The position numbers were made by a program, and so were the translations under genes. Shown piece after piece: positions 46,215 through 56,227 of a stretch of 64,000 bases of DNA (the stretch's first letter is position 1; each line of letters starts with the position of its first letter). The notes below the pieces were generated by a model. The model made no database searches. It had not been told where the DNA came from and worked only from the letters and a program-made list of their open reading frames with translations. Source of the DNA: an uncultured Chloroflexia bacterium (lineage in GTDB: Bacteria > Chloroflexota > Limnocylindria > Limnocylindrales > CSP1-4); NCBI GenBank assembly GCA_963713975.1, contig OY970218.1, positions 2,944,001 through 3,008,000 of the forward strand, in the 5' to 3' direction.

Positions 46215-47794
46215 CCGACGATCTGGCGGACGTCCTGCCCGAGGCCGAGGTGCTACCGGTCACGGACCGTCTCGACGAGCCATTGGAGACCGCCGGGGCC
46301 CTGGAGGTCTTCAAGAACCGCCCGTTCCTGCTGCTCTGGCTGAGCCAGCTGTTCACCCAGATCGGCGGGAACATGGTCCTCTACGGCCTGACCGTCATCG
46401 TCCTCGAGTCCACGTCGTCGAACACTGCGGTCAGCCTCCTGATCCTCACCTTCCTGGGTCCAGCCGTGCTGTTCTCGGCGGTCGCCGGGGTTTACGTGGA
46501 CCGCATGGACAAGCGCCATGTCCTGATCATGACCAACGTCCTGCGGGCCGGACTGTTCGGGCTGCTCTGGATGGCCGGTGACCTCCTCATCGTGCTCCTG
46601 CTGCTCAACGCGCTCATCTCGACCGTGACGGTGTTCTTCGCCCCGGCCGAGGCATCGATGATCCCGCAGCTCGTGCCGCGTCGGCAGCTCGTGGCCGCGA
46701 ACGGCGTCTTCACGCTCACCCTCAATGCCGCCTTCGCGGTCGGCTACGCGCTGATGGGATCGCTGGTGGTGACGCTCGTGGGCGCCACCGGCCTGATCGT
46801 CGTCGTCGCCGTGTTCTACCTGGTCGCGGCACTGTTCTGCTGGTGGCTTCCGCCCGCCCCGCCGACGCTGGCGGAGGAGTCGGCCGAAGGGCAGGGCCTG
46901 ATCGATCCGGAGGCGGAGCAGGCGATGGGCTCCACCTTCGCCCAGCTGCGTGAAGGGATCGGGTTCATTCGCGAGCACCGATCCATCAGCTGGTCGCTGA
47001 TCTATCTCGGGATCGCTGCCTCGCTCGTGGGTGTCCTGGGCGTCCTGGGACCCAAGTTCGCCACGGACTCGCTCGGCCTCGAGTACAAGGACTTCGCGGT
47101 GGTCGTCCTGCCGCTGGGCTTCGGCATCGTGACCGGGATCCTGCTGCTCAACTCGTTCGGCCACCTGCTGCCGCGCCGCCGGATCATCGAGGGCGGGCTG
47201 ATCGCGCTGGGCATCTTCGTCCTGTTGATCGTGATCGCGGGCCCCATCTCACGATTCCTCCAGAACGCCGAGCGCGCGACGGCGCTCACCGCGGGCTTGG
47301 CCGGCGTCACGTCGCTGCTCGCCGTCGTCGTGTTCATCGCGCTGCTGGCCGGCGTTGCCTATGCGTTCGTCGCCATCCCGGCCCAGACCCAGCTCCAGGA
47401 GGACATCCCCGAGGACACCCGGGGACGAGTGTTCGGAGTCCTGAACATGCTGGTCTCCGTGGCCAGCTTCCTGCCGATCATCATCCTCGGTGCGATGTCC
47501 GACTTCGTGGGCACGCCCACGATCCTGATCGCCGTCGCGATCGCCATCTCGGCAGCCGGCGTCATCTCGATCATCCGTCGTGGACCACTCAACCCGGCTG
47601 AGGCCCACGCGCACGCCACCGGACCGTCGACGCCGGCCGGCCTCGATCCCGTCGCCGTGCTCACCGCCACGGAGATGGAGGCAGGCGAGCGTCGCCATGC
47701 GCGGCATGCCGAGCCGACCCAGGACGCGCCGGAGCGCCACGAGGACGCGCCTGCCAGCGTCGAGCCCCAGGTGCCGCCCGCCGAAGAGGATTAG
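46211..47794 (+). CDS. MFS transporter
   Basis: About 12 TM; F.LLW..Q, AGVYVDRMDKR, FFAPAE, RGRVFG; GTG overlaps the upstream stop. Confidence 0.9.
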   Translation: MTDDLADVLPEAEVLPVTDRLDEPLETAGALEVFKNRPFLLLWLSQLFTQIGGNMVLYGLTVIVLESTSSNTAVSLLILTFLGPAVLFSAVAGVYVDRMDKRHVLIMTNVLRAGLFGLLWMAGDLLIVLLLLNALISTVTVFFAPAEASMIPQLVPRRQLVAANGVFTLTLNAAFAVGYALMGSLVVTLVGATGLIVVVAVFYLVAALFCWWLPPAPPTLAEESAEGQGLIDPEAEQAMGSTFAQLREGIGFIREHRSISWSLIYLGIAASLVGVLGVLGPKFATDSLGLEYKDFAVVVLPLGFGIVTGILLLNSFGHLLPRRRIIEGGLIALGIFVLLIVIAGPISRFLQNAERATALTAGLAGVTSLLAVVVFIALLAGVAYAFVAIPAQTQLQEDIPEDTRGRVFGVLNMLVSVASFLPIIILGAMSDFVGTPTILIAVAIAISAAGVISIIRRGPLNPAEAHAHATGPSTPAGLDPVAVLTATEMEAGERRHARHAEPTQDAPERHEDAPASVEPQVPPAEED

Positions 47795-47796
47795 GC

Positions 47797-49449
47797 ATGA
47801 GGGCCGCAGGCCTCCTGGTCACGGGTCGCATCGCCACGCTGGCCGGACGCGAGGGCCCGGGCTGGGTGGAGGCGATCGCCATCCAGGACGGGCGCGTGAC
47901 CGGCGCCGGCTCGCTGGCCGAGGTCGAGGCGGCCGTACCCACTGCGACTCGTCGCTTGGATCTCGCTCCGGACGAAGTCGCCATCCCGGGACTGACCGAT
48001 GCCCACCTGCATCTCGCCGAGGCGGCCCTAGCGCGCAGGCGGGTCCAGCTCGACGACGCAAGCTCGATCCATGTGGTCGTTGACCGGGTCCGAGCTGCGG
48101 CCGCCGCCGCCCCGGATCGTGACGCCTGGATAGACGGGGCCGGCTGGGACGCCGACCTGATGGAGCGATGGCCCACGGCCGATGATCTCGAGCGGGCCGC
48201 GCCGGGTCGCCTGGTGGCGCTCTGGGCCCATGACCACCACGCCCTGCTCGCCAGCGCGCGTGCCCTGGCCGTCGCCGGGATCGACGACCGGCGAAGTGAT
48301 CCCGCGGGAGGCGTGATCAGGCGGGACGCCGAGGGTCATGCGACCGGTGTCCTCCACGAGTCGGCATCGCGCCTCGTCGCATCACTCGTGCCGGCGCCGA
48401 CCGCGACGGACGTGTCCGCCGCACTGGAGCCGATGATCCAGGAGCTCCTTGCCCTCGGCGTCGTCGCCGCCCACGACCCCGGCGGCCTCAGCGAACGTTC
48501 GGACCTCGACGGGCCGCTGGCGGCCTACCGGAGCCTGGCAGCTGCGGGGCGGCTGGGCATGCGGGTCCACGCCTGTGTCCGTCCGGAGCAGCTGGCCGCA
48601 GCCGGAGACCAGGGCCTGCGGAGCGGAGCGCCGATCGGGCCGGATCCACTCCGCCGACTCCGGCTGGGGTGGCTCAAGACCTTTGCCGACGGGTCTCTAG
48701 GATCGCGCACGGCCGCGCTCCTCGATCCACTCGCGCCGCTGCCGGGGGAGCCGCCGCCGCCCAACGACGGCTACGGGGTCTGGCTGACGACGCCGGAGGA
48801 GCTACGTGCGCAGACGCTTCGAGCCGCGTCGCTGGGGATCGCCACGCAGATCCACGGGATCGGCGACGCGGCCATCCGCGCGGCGCTGGACGTGCTGGCG
48901 CCCACCGTGGGGCTGACGCCACTGATGCCGCGCGTGGAGCACGTCCAGCTGGTCTCGGACGCCGATGTGCCGCGCTTTGCCGCGCTGGGGATCGCGGCAT
49001 CGGTCCAGCCCGTGCACGTGCGCTCGGACGCCGCGAAGGCGCGCCGGCTGTGGGGCGCTCGTGCGGAGGCCCGTGCCTATGCCCTTGCTGCGCTGGACCG
49101 CGCGGGCGCCGTGGTCGCGTTCGGGACGGACGCGCCCGTGGAGCCGGTCGATCCCTGGACCGGCCTCGCCTGCGCCGTAACGCGGGCCTCACCCGAATGG
49201 CCGACCGGGACACCGTCCTTTGGTCCACAGAACGCGCTGACCCTGTGGCGCGCGATCCGGGCCGCCTGCGTGGATCCTGCGCTCAGCGCCGGCGAGACGG
49301 ACCGGGGACGCCTCGTGCCGGGCCATCGGGCGGACATCGCGGTCCTGCCGGCCGGGGTGGTGGCCGAGCCGGTCGAGGTCGGCGGTGCGCTGTGGCATGC
49401 GCGGCCGCGCATCGTGCTCCTGGACGGCGAGGTCGTCGCAGGGGCGTAG
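47797..49449 (+). CDS. Amidohydrolase_3 (YtcJ-like)
   Basis: PGLTDAHLH, K.FADGSLGSRTA, HGIGD, RVEH.Q, FGTDAPV. Confidence 0.9.
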   Translation: MRAAGLLVTGRIATLAGREGPGWVEAIAIQDGRVTGAGSLAEVEAAVPTATRRLDLAPDEVAIPGLTDAHLHLAEAALARRRVQLDDASSIHVVVDRVRAAAAAAPDRDAWIDGAGWDADLMERWPTADDLERAAPGRLVALWAHDHHALLASARALAVAGIDDRRSDPAGGVIRRDAEGHATGVLHESASRLVASLVPAPTATDVSAALEPMIQELLALGVVAAHDPGGLSERSDLDGPLAAYRSLAAAGRLGMRVHACVRPEQLAAAGDQGLRSGAPIGPDPLRRLRLGWLKTFADGSLGSRTAALLDPLAPLPGEPPPPNDGYGVWLTTPEELRAQTLRAASLGIATQIHGIGDAAIRAALDVLAPTVGLTPLMPRVEHVQLVSDADVPRFAALGIAASVQPVHVRSDAAKARRLWGARAEARAYALAALDRAGAVVAFGTDAPVEPVDPWTGLACAVTRASPEWPTGTPSFGPQNALTLWRAIRAACVDPALSAGETDRGRLVPGHRADIAVLPAGVVAEPVEVGGALWHARPRIVLLDGEVVAGA

Positions 49450-49474
49450 GACCTTCGAGAGGGTCGGGTGCTGC

Positions 49475-50863
49475 TCAGGGCGTTGCGGGCCGGTCGAGCC
49501 GGGCCAGGGCCTCGGCGAACAGGCCGCCGAGCGCGCGCGACGTCGACGGGAACGCGTGGATCGTGGCTGCCAGCACGTCCATCGGGACGCGCGCCTGGAT
49601 CGCCAGCACGCATTCGTGGATGGCGGCCGACGCGTCCGGGCAGGCCATCGCCGCGCCGACCAGCTCGCGCCGGGCCCTGTCGACCACGATCGTCAGGTGG
49701 CCGGTGGCGGCCTCGACCGAGTAGCCCTTCGCCGTCGTCGGGAACGGCACCGTGCACTCGAACGCGTCGAACCCGGCCGCCAGGGCCTGTTCCAGGGTCA
49801 ACCCGACCGACGCTGCCTCCGGATCCGTGTAGGTGGCCCTGGGCAGGGCCCGGTAGTCCGGTACGAGGTCCTCGCCCAGGGCCATCCGGACCGCCAGCTC
49901 ACCCTGGTAGTGGCCCTGATGGGTGTGGAGCTCCGGCCCGGCCGAATCGCCGGCGATCCACAGGCCGTCGGCGAGCCGTAGCGAGCCGTCCCGCCGATAC
50001 GCATCCGGACCCGAGACCGATACGCCGTAGTGCTCCAGCCCCAGGTCTGTCAGCGGGAACTGCCGCCCCACGGCGACGAGAATGGCATGCCCCTCGGCGG
50101 TGGAGCCGTCATCGAGGTCGATCACGTGGGCCCCGGCGGTGCCTGCCCCCGCTCGAGCCCGGATGGCGCGGGCGCCCGTCCGCACATCGACCCCGTCGCG
50201 CTCGAGCCCGAACCTGATGGCCTCGGCGCTCCGCGGATGCTCGGAAGGGGTGAGCCGGGGGCCGGACTGGACGATCGTCACCGGAACCCCGAAGCGGGCG
50301 TAGACCTGCGCCAGCTCACAGCCCGTGGGTCCGCCGCCGAGCACCAGCAGGCTGGGTGGCAGCTCGCGAGCCAGGGTCGCCTCCCGGTTGCTCCAGGGGT
50401 CGGTTGCGGCCAGGCCCTCGATCGGCGGCAGCTTCGACGTGGAGCCCACCGCGACGACGACATTGCGAGCCCGGACTTCGGCCGAGACCCCGGCCTGGCT
50501 CACCGCCACGACGCCCCGCGCCGTGATCCGGCCCTCGCCACGCCATGTCGTGGCGCCGTCGGCCTCGAGCGCGCGAACGTGCGAGGTGTCGTCCGGCACG
50601 GGGCAGCCCGGTGCGCGGTTGACCATGTAGTCGCGTCGCTCGGAGGCTCTGGCCCACGGGTAGTCAGCCCCGGATGCGTGTCGATCCGCAGCATGCAGCA
50701 GGCTCTTGGACGGGACGCACCCGACGTGCGGGCACGAGCCACCGAACCATTCCCGGTCGACGATCGCCACCGATGCCCCGAGAGCCCGCGCCTTGTGCGC
50801 GGCTGCCTCGCCGGCTGGTCCTGCGCCGATCACCACGAAATCGATGAGTTCCATGGGGGACAT
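49475..50863 (-). CDS. Pyridine nucleotide-disulfide oxidoreductase (LpdA/MerA-like family)
   Basis: VIGAGPAG, GGSCPHVGCVPSK, GGGPTG.E, HAFPS. Confidence 0.9.
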   Translation of the reverse strand: MSPMELIDFVVIGAGPAGEAAAHKARALGASVAIVDREWFGGSCPHVGCVPSKSLLHAADRHASGADYPWARASERRDYMVNRAPGCPVPDDTSHVRALEADGATTWRGEGRITARGVVAVSQAGVSAEVRARNVVVAVGSTSKLPPIEGLAATDPWSNREATLARELPPSLLVLGGGPTGCELAQVYARFGVPVTIVQSGPRLTPSEHPRSAEAIRFGLERDGVDVRTGARAIRARAGAGTAGAHVIDLDDGSTAEGHAILVAVGRQFPLTDLGLEHYGVSVSGPDAYRRDGSLRLADGLWIAGDSAGPELHTHQGHYQGELAVRMALGEDLVPDYRALPRATYTDPEAASVGLTLEQALAAGFDAFECTVPFPTTAKGYSVEAATGHLTIVVDRARRELVGAAMACPDASAAIHECVLAIQARVPMDVLAATIHAFPSTSRALGGLFAEALARLDRPATP

Positions 50864-50876
50864 GGTCACCCGGCGG

Positions 50877-51704
50877 TCAAGGGATGCCTCGCTGGCGCCG
50901 GGCCTCGTACAGGAGGATCGCTGCGGTGACCGACACGTTGAGGCTGTCTGCGACGCCCAACATCGGCAGGTTGACGGCCGTCACGTCGTCGCCGCTCCAG
51001 GCCTCACCCAGTCCCTCGGCCTCGCTGCCGAGCACCAGCGCAACTGGCCCGCGAAGATCGACCTCCGTGTAGGGAACGGCGCCATCCACGCGCGCCACCA
51101 CGATCCGCAGGCCGGCCGCCACCAGGTGATCGCGCACCACGGAGCTCGCTCCCGCCGCCATCGGGACGGCGAACACCGTCCCGAGCGACGCCCGCACGGC
51201 GTTCGGATTGAACAGGTCGGTCCGGGGATCGGCCGCGACCACGGCGTCTGCGCCGGCCCCATCGGCGCTGCGCAGGACCGCACCGAGGTTGCCGGGCTTC
51301 TCGACGCCCTCGATGACCACCACGAGCGCGTTGGCAGGGAGGCTGAGTCCAGAGAGTTCGAGCGAAGGGGTGCGGACGACGCCGACGAGCCCGTCATTCC
51401 GCTCCCCGTACGCCAGGCGGTCGAGCACCGGTCCCGACACCGGCACGATCGCGGCTCCTTGCTGCCGAGCCACCTCGACGGCATCCCCACCCTCGTCGTC
51501 CAGTCGGCCAGCATCGACGAACACCTCGATCACCGCGGCCCCACCGCCGAGCGCCCGCAGCAGCTCCCGGGCGCCATCGACCAGCGTCAGCCGTGTCTCG
51601 TCACGAGCGCCCCGTGAGCGCAGGGAGGCCGCTGCCCGGACACGCGGGTTCTTGCCACTGGTGATGACGGACCACGCTCCGGCCGAGTCCGATGCACGCT
51701 CCAC
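50877..51704 (-). CDS. TrmH/SpoU family RNA methyltransferase
   Basis: EKPGNLGAVLRSA, GSEAEGL, PM.G..DSLNVS. Confidence 0.92.
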   Translation of the reverse strand: MERASDSAGAWSVITSGKNPRVRAAASLRSRGARDETRLTLVDGARELLRALGGGAAVIEVFVDAGRLDDEGGDAVEVARQQGAAIVPVSGPVLDRLAYGERNDGLVGVVRTPSLELSGLSLPANALVVVIEGVEKPGNLGAVLRSADGAGADAVVAADPRTDLFNPNAVRASLGTVFAVPMAAGASSVVRDHLVAAGLRIVVARVDGAVPYTEVDLRGPVALVLGSEAEGLGEAWSGDDVTAVNLPMLGVADSLNVSVTAAILLYEARRQRGIP

Positions 51705-51707
51705 GGG

Positions 51708-52529
51708 TCAGCGGGCCGGGCTGTGGGCCCAGGCTCCCAGCGGGAGCCGGGAGCCGGCCCGGCTGTTGAGTACGAGCGCCTCGCCGGTCGCCGCTACCCC
51801 GAAGTGCTCACGTGCCAGGGCGCCAAGACGCTCGGCGTCGTACCCGGGCGTATGGGCGCTGAGCAGGACGAACGCCGGCCGCGGGCCGACGAGCGCTGCC
51901 AGGTCTGCGAGGAGATCCTCGAGATGCTCCTCGATCTGCCAGGTCCCGGCGCCGTGGCCATAGCTGGGCGGATCGAGCACGACGCCGTCGTAGCGCCGAC
52001 CGCGCCGCCGCTCACGCCGCACGAAGGTCCGTGCATCCTCGACGAGCCACCGGATGGGCAGGTCCGCGAGCCCGGAGAGCCCGGCATTCCGGCGAGCCCA
52101 GCCCACGGCGGGACGTGAGGCGTCAACGTGCACGACATTGGCCCCAGCGCGCGCGCAGGCCAGCGTGGCCCCACCCGTGTAGCCGAACAGGGAGAGCACC
52201 TCAGGTGGGCGCTCCAGGTACCCGCAGGCGGCGCGGACCACCCGGTCCAGCCACGTCCACGTGGCTGCGTGCTCGGGGAAAACGCCTAGTTGGCCGCCCG
52301 CGGCGGGCCGGCACTCGAGAGTGAGGCCCGCGGCCTGCACCGGCCACGGCTCGAGGGCTTCAGGGCCGATCCACGCTCCCTTGCCCCAGCGCAGGTTCGC
52401 GCGCTTCCACTCGGCCGGTGGAAGGCGGGCGAGCCAGTCCGCTGCCGGCGCCGGCCGGTCCACGATCACCGGCCCAAACCGCTCCAGGCGGCGACCACCG
52501 CCACAATCGAGGAGCTCGAGGTCCGCCAT
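51708..52529 (-). CDS. Class I SAM-dependent methyltransferase (RlmI/YwbD-like)
   Basis: LLD.G.GRRLERFG, GVFPEH, LSLFGYTGG, HVDAS, LDPPSYG. Confidence 0.88.
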   Translation of the reverse strand: MADLELLDCGGGRRLERFGPVIVDRPAPAADWLARLPPAEWKRANLRWGKGAWIGPEALEPWPVQAAGLTLECRPAAGGQLGVFPEHAATWTWLDRVVRAACGYLERPPEVLSLFGYTGGATLACARAGANVVHVDASRPAVGWARRNAGLSGLADLPIRWLVEDARTFVRRERRRGRRYDGVVLDPPSYGHGAGTWQIEEHLEDLLADLAALVGPRPAFVLLSAHTPGYDAERLGALAREHFGVAATGEALVLNSRAGSRLPLGAWAHSPAR

Positions 52530-52660
52530 GACCCCATGGTCGCACGGACCGACCGCCGTCGCGGACGCCGTTGGTGTGCGGGAGCACCACTCCGGGGGAG
52601 GAGGGGCTTCCAACCAGAAACGCAGATCGACTATCCTGCGGACTCGGTGGTGGAGACGTC

Positions 52661-53704
52661 ATGAGCCCAGAGATGATCCTCCTGGTGGTCGTAGGCCTGC
52701 TGGCAGGCCTTGTTGTCGTATGGGTGCTGATCCGGACGGCGTTCGGCCAGGCGGGACGTGGCGACGAGGCAGGTGCCGAACCCCCCGCCACCGCCCGAGA
52801 CACCGCGGAGGGGTCACGATCAGGCGGGGGCCAGCTCAGCGAGTATCTCGGTGGGCAGGGATACTGGCTGTGCGACGACTGCCACTCGGTCAATCGCCCG
52901 GCGGCAAAGCGCTGCTACAGCTGCGATCGGAAGCGTGAGGCGGCGCAACCCGCTCGATCCTCGCCAGCGCCGGCCGCGGCGATGGTTCCCGTGATGGCCC
53001 CACGCCCCGGCGCCAGTGCGCAACCACGCCCCGGCGCCAGTGTGCAGGCACGCCCGGTGAAGGCGTCGCCGATACCGGAACCCCAGGTGGTGCAGGAGCC
53101 CAAACCGGCGCCGATTCCCGTCGAGACTCGGCCTGTGCAGGAGCCCAAACCGGCGCCGATTCCCGTCGAGACTCGGCCTGTGCAGGAGCCCAAACCGGCG
53201 CCGATTCCCGTCGAGACTCGGCCCGTGCAGGAGCCCAAACCGGCGGCGATCCCCGTCGAAGCCGCCGCGCTCCCGGTCTGTCCGTTCGTGCGCCTCGAGC
53301 ACGACCCCGCCACGTATTTCTCGTTCCCGGCTCCCGGTAACGCATGCCATGCCCGTGGGGGCACTGGGATCGCAACGTCGCGCCGCGGTCGCGGCTGGCT
53401 CCCGGCCCGGCTCTCGCGCCGAGGGCCGCACAAGCTGGACCTCGCCAAGCAGGGAGCCGTCTGCCTCACCCGGTCCTACGTCCGATGCGCCACCTACGCG
53501 GCAGCATCGCACGGCCCGTCCCCGTCGCCCGCAGCGACGCACGGGCTCGAACGGAGTCCGGAGCCCGTTGTCGACGCTCCCGCGGAGCTGGTTCCAGTGA
53601 TGGCGGCCGAGGTCAGGACGGGCGTGGGCTCCACGTCACGCCCCGGCGGCGACCGCAGCACGTCAGGTGCCGCCCGCAGCCAGGATCCGACGGCGCAAGC
53701 CTGA
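52661..53704 (+). CDS. Membrane-anchored protein with RanBP2-like zinc finger, Pro-rich tandem repeats and a second Cys-rich domain
   Basis: N-terminal TM; WLCDDC..N....C..C; VQEPKPAPIPVETRP repeats; CPF..NAC..CL...C. Confidence 0.7.
   Translation: MSPEMILLVVVGLLAGLVVVWVLIRTAFGQAGRGDEAGAEPPATARDTAEGSRSGGGQLSEYLGGQGYWLCDDCHSVNRPAAKRCYSCDRKREAAQPARSSPAPAAAMVPVMAPRPGASAQPRPGASVQARPVKASPIPEPQVVQEPKPAPIPVETRPVQEPKPAPIPVETRPVQEPKPAPIPVETRPVQEPKPAAIPVEAAALPVCPFVRLEHDPATYFSFPAPGNACHARGGTGIATSRRGRGWLPARLSRRGPHKLDLAKQGAVCLTRSYVRCATYAAASHGPSPSPAATHGLERSPEPVVDAPAELVPVMAAEVRTGVGSTSRPGGDRSTSGAARSQDPTAQA
53090..53259 (+). repeat. In-frame 45-bp tandem repeat (about 3.8 copies)
   Basis: GTGCAGGAGCCCAAACCGGCGCCGATTCCCGTCGAGACTCGGCCT at 53090, 53135, 53180, partial at 53225. 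Confidence 0.92.
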
Positions 53705-53821
53705 TCCGGCGGGCCCGAACACGCGGACTCACCCGGCGACGTCCCCGTTGGACACGGCATTCGTGTCACCCGTACACTCACCGCCGCGAGGCCACCGTTC
53801 CGGAGGCCGCGCACGCAACAC

Positions 53822-53898
53822 GGGCGATTGGCGCAGTTGGTTAGCGCGCATGCTTGACATGCATGAGGTCACTGGTTCGAGTCCAGTATCGCCCACCA
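53822..53898 (+). tRNA. tRNA-Val(GAC)
   Basis: Acceptor GGGCGAT/ATCGCCC, anticodon arm CATGC-TTGACAT-GCATG, GGTTCGAGTCC, encoded CCA. Confidence 0.96.
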
Positions 53899-53925
53899 TT
53901 CCCCGGCCCTCGGGCCGCTGCACAT

Positions 53926-54165
53926 TGAGCGTCGAGCGGGACGCACCTCACCGGGACGTCGCCAGAGAGCAGGGCCATCGGCTGCAAGCCCCGCAGACCC
54001 GACCGGTGATGGAACCACCCGCGAGCGGCCGGCGAACCGGCCCGGGATCCGCCCGTTAGCGCGGCACGAGAGCGCACCCCTGGCCCCGGCCGGCGGGGCG
54101 AAGGCGGGTGGAACCGCGGGAGGTCGAACCTCTCGTCCTGTCGGACGAGAGGTTCTGTGATTCTC
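53926..54165 (+). promoter_or_regulatory. T-box riboswitch (Thr) leader of thrS
   Basis: AGAGA and GGCTG motifs, candidate ACC specifier at 54014-54016, CCGTTA, T-box AAGGCGGGTGGAACCGCG (54101), 13-bp hairpin 54126-54155; 5' boundary approximate. Confidence 0.85.
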
Positions 54166-54178
54166 AGGAGCTGGTGAC

Positions 54179-56047
54179 ATGGCCGAAGACAAGCAGCCGC
54201 AGCGGGACGGGCAGCCGCAGCAGGACGATCCGGAGGAGGAGCTGTCGTTCGAGGCACCCGAGCGCGGGTCCGCGGACGAGCTCCTCGACGCCGGAGCCCA
54301 CGCCCCCATCGACGCGATGCGCCACAGCACGGCGCACGTCATGGCGGAGGCGGTCCTGGACCTGTTCCCGGGCGCGAGCCTCGGCATCGGCCCCGCGATC
54401 GACAACGGCTTCTACTACGACTTCGACCTGCCCCGGTCCTTGACACCCGACGACCTGGAGGCCATCGAGACCCGCATGACGGCCTCCGTCGCCGCCGACC
54501 ATGCCTTCGTCCGCCGCGAGGTCGGGTTCGACGAGGGTCGCGCGATCGAGGAAGCCGACGGCCAGGCCTTCAAGGTCGAGATCCTCGACGACCTCGCGGC
54601 CAAGGCGACCGAGACCGGCGATCCGATGCCGCCCGTCACGTTCTACGAGCACGGGCCCTTCCGGGACCTGTGCAAGGGGCCCCACGTCGAGTCCACCGGC
54701 CACATCGGCCCGTTCAAGCTGCTGGCCGTCGCCGGCGCGTACTGGAGAGGGGACGAGAAGCGCCCGATGCTCCAGCGGATCTACGGCACGGTGTGGGAGA
54801 CGCAGGAGGACCTCGACCGCTACCTGTGGCGGCGCGAGGAGGCGAAGAAGCGCGACCACCGCAAGCTCGGCGTCCAACTGGACCTGTTCAGCTTCCACGA
54901 CGTGAGCCCGGGGGCCGCCTTCTGGCACCCCAAGGGCCAGCGGATCTGGCGGACGCTCGAGGGCGCCATCCGCGAGACCCAGGACCGGCGGGGCTATGAC
55001 GAGGTCTCGACGCCGATGGTGGTGAGCCAGCGGCTGTGGGAGGCCTCGGGCCACTGGGCGCTGTACAAGGAGAACATGTTCGTCGTGGAGAGCGAGGGCC
55101 AGACCTACTCGCTCAAGCCGATGAACTGCCCGGAGTCCACGATCATCTACCGGAGCCATCTCCGCTCCTACCGGGACCTGCCGCTGCGCCTGAGCGAGTT
55201 CGGCCGGCTGCACCGCAACGAGCGCTCGGGGACGCTGTCGGGCCTGACGCGCGTCCGCCAGTTCATCCAGGACGACGGCCACATCTACTGCCGCCCGGAC
55301 CAGCTGGGTGACGAGATCGCCGCGCTGATGGGCGAGGTGGAGGAGGTCTACGGCTGGTTCGGCCTCAAGCCGGAGATCAAGTTCGGCACCAAGCCCGCCA
55401 AGGCGCTCGGTGACCCGGCGCTGTGGGAGCAGGCCGAAGCGCTGATCCGCGAGGCCCTGGATCGCTCCGGCGTGCCCTGGTCGCTCAAGCCGGGCGACGG
55501 CGCCTTCTACGCCCCCAAGATCGACATCCACATCGAGGACGCGCTTGGCCGATCCTGGCAGACGGCCACCATCCAGGTCGACCTGACGATGCTCCCGGAA
55601 CGGTTCGATCTCACCTACATCGACGAGGACGGGCAGCCGAAGCGCCCGATGGCCATCCATCGCGCGATCTACGGCTCGCTGGAGCGGTTCATCGGGATCC
55701 TGGTGGAGCACTTTGCCGGGGCATTCCCACTGTGGATGGCACCCGTGCAGGCGGTCGTGATCCCGATCGCCGACCGCCACATCGAGCCCGCCCGCGACCT
55801 GGCGGCGGAGCTGAAGGCCGCCGGCGTCCGCTTCGTGGAGGTGGATGACTCGAACAATCGGATGAACAACAAGATCCGGCTGGCGCAGGGTCAGAAGGTC
55901 CCCTACATGCTCATCCTTGGCGACCGTGAGGTCGAGTCCCGGACCGCGTCCGTGCGCAAGCGCGACGGCTCGCAGGAGCAGGGCGTCGCCTGGTCCGACC
56001 TCAGCTGGCGCTTGGGCGAGGAGGTGCGCGAGCGCCGCCTGGGGTAG
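54179..56047 (+). CDS. thrS: Threonine--tRNA ligase
   Basis: RHSTAH, GFYYDF, DLCKGPHV, RDHRKLG, KPMNCP, GLTRVRQF.QDD, AFYAPKID, HRAIYGSLERF. Confidence 0.98.
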   Translation: MAEDKQPQRDGQPQQDDPEEELSFEAPERGSADELLDAGAHAPIDAMRHSTAHVMAEAVLDLFPGASLGIGPAIDNGFYYDFDLPRSLTPDDLEAIETRMTASVAADHAFVRREVGFDEGRAIEEADGQAFKVEILDDLAAKATETGDPMPPVTFYEHGPFRDLCKGPHVESTGHIGPFKLLAVAGAYWRGDEKRPMLQRIYGTVWETQEDLDRYLWRREEAKKRDHRKLGVQLDLFSFHDVSPGAAFWHPKGQRIWRTLEGAIRETQDRRGYDEVSTPMVVSQRLWEASGHWALYKENMFVVESEGQTYSLKPMNCPESTIIYRSHLRSYRDLPLRLSEFGRLHRNERSGTLSGLTRVRQFIQDDGHIYCRPDQLGDEIAALMGEVEEVYGWFGLKPEIKFGTKPAKALGDPALWEQAEALIREALDRSGVPWSLKPGDGAFYAPKIDIHIEDALGRSWQTATIQVDLTMLPERFDLTYIDEDGQPKRPMAIHRAIYGSLERFIGILVEHFAGAFPLWMAPVQAVVIPIADRHIEPARDLAAELKAAGVRFVEVDDSNNRMNNKIRLAQGQKVPYMLILGDREVESRTASVRKRDGSQEQGVAWSDLSWRLGEEVRERRLG

Positions 56048-56125
56048 CCCGGGAGCTCCCTGTCTGGGGCCCGCGACGGAGGGCGCGGGCTGCGGGCCGG
56101 AGCGTGGTCGGCGGCGGTCGGCTCG

Positions 56126-56155
56126 TTGCGGCTCGTCGAAGCGCTGTGCTATCCT
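56126..56155 (+). promoter_or_regulatory. Promoter of infC-rpmI-rplT
   Basis: TTGCGG-18-TATCCT with extended TG. Confidence 0.55.
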
Positions 56156-56227
56156 CCCGCGGCGACCGCACAGGCCGAATGTCGGTGCGCGCCGCACGAA
56201 TCAGCTTCCAACAAAGGGAACCACGAC

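Noticed and set aside
53090-53259. Regular repeats that might be a CRISPR array
   Set aside because: Head-to-tail 45-bp units with no unique spacers, in frame within a CDS, and no cas genes in the window
53822-53920. tRNA-Val as a second integration site
   Set aside because: No duplicate of its 3' end noticed and no integrase nearby; followed directly by the thrS T-box
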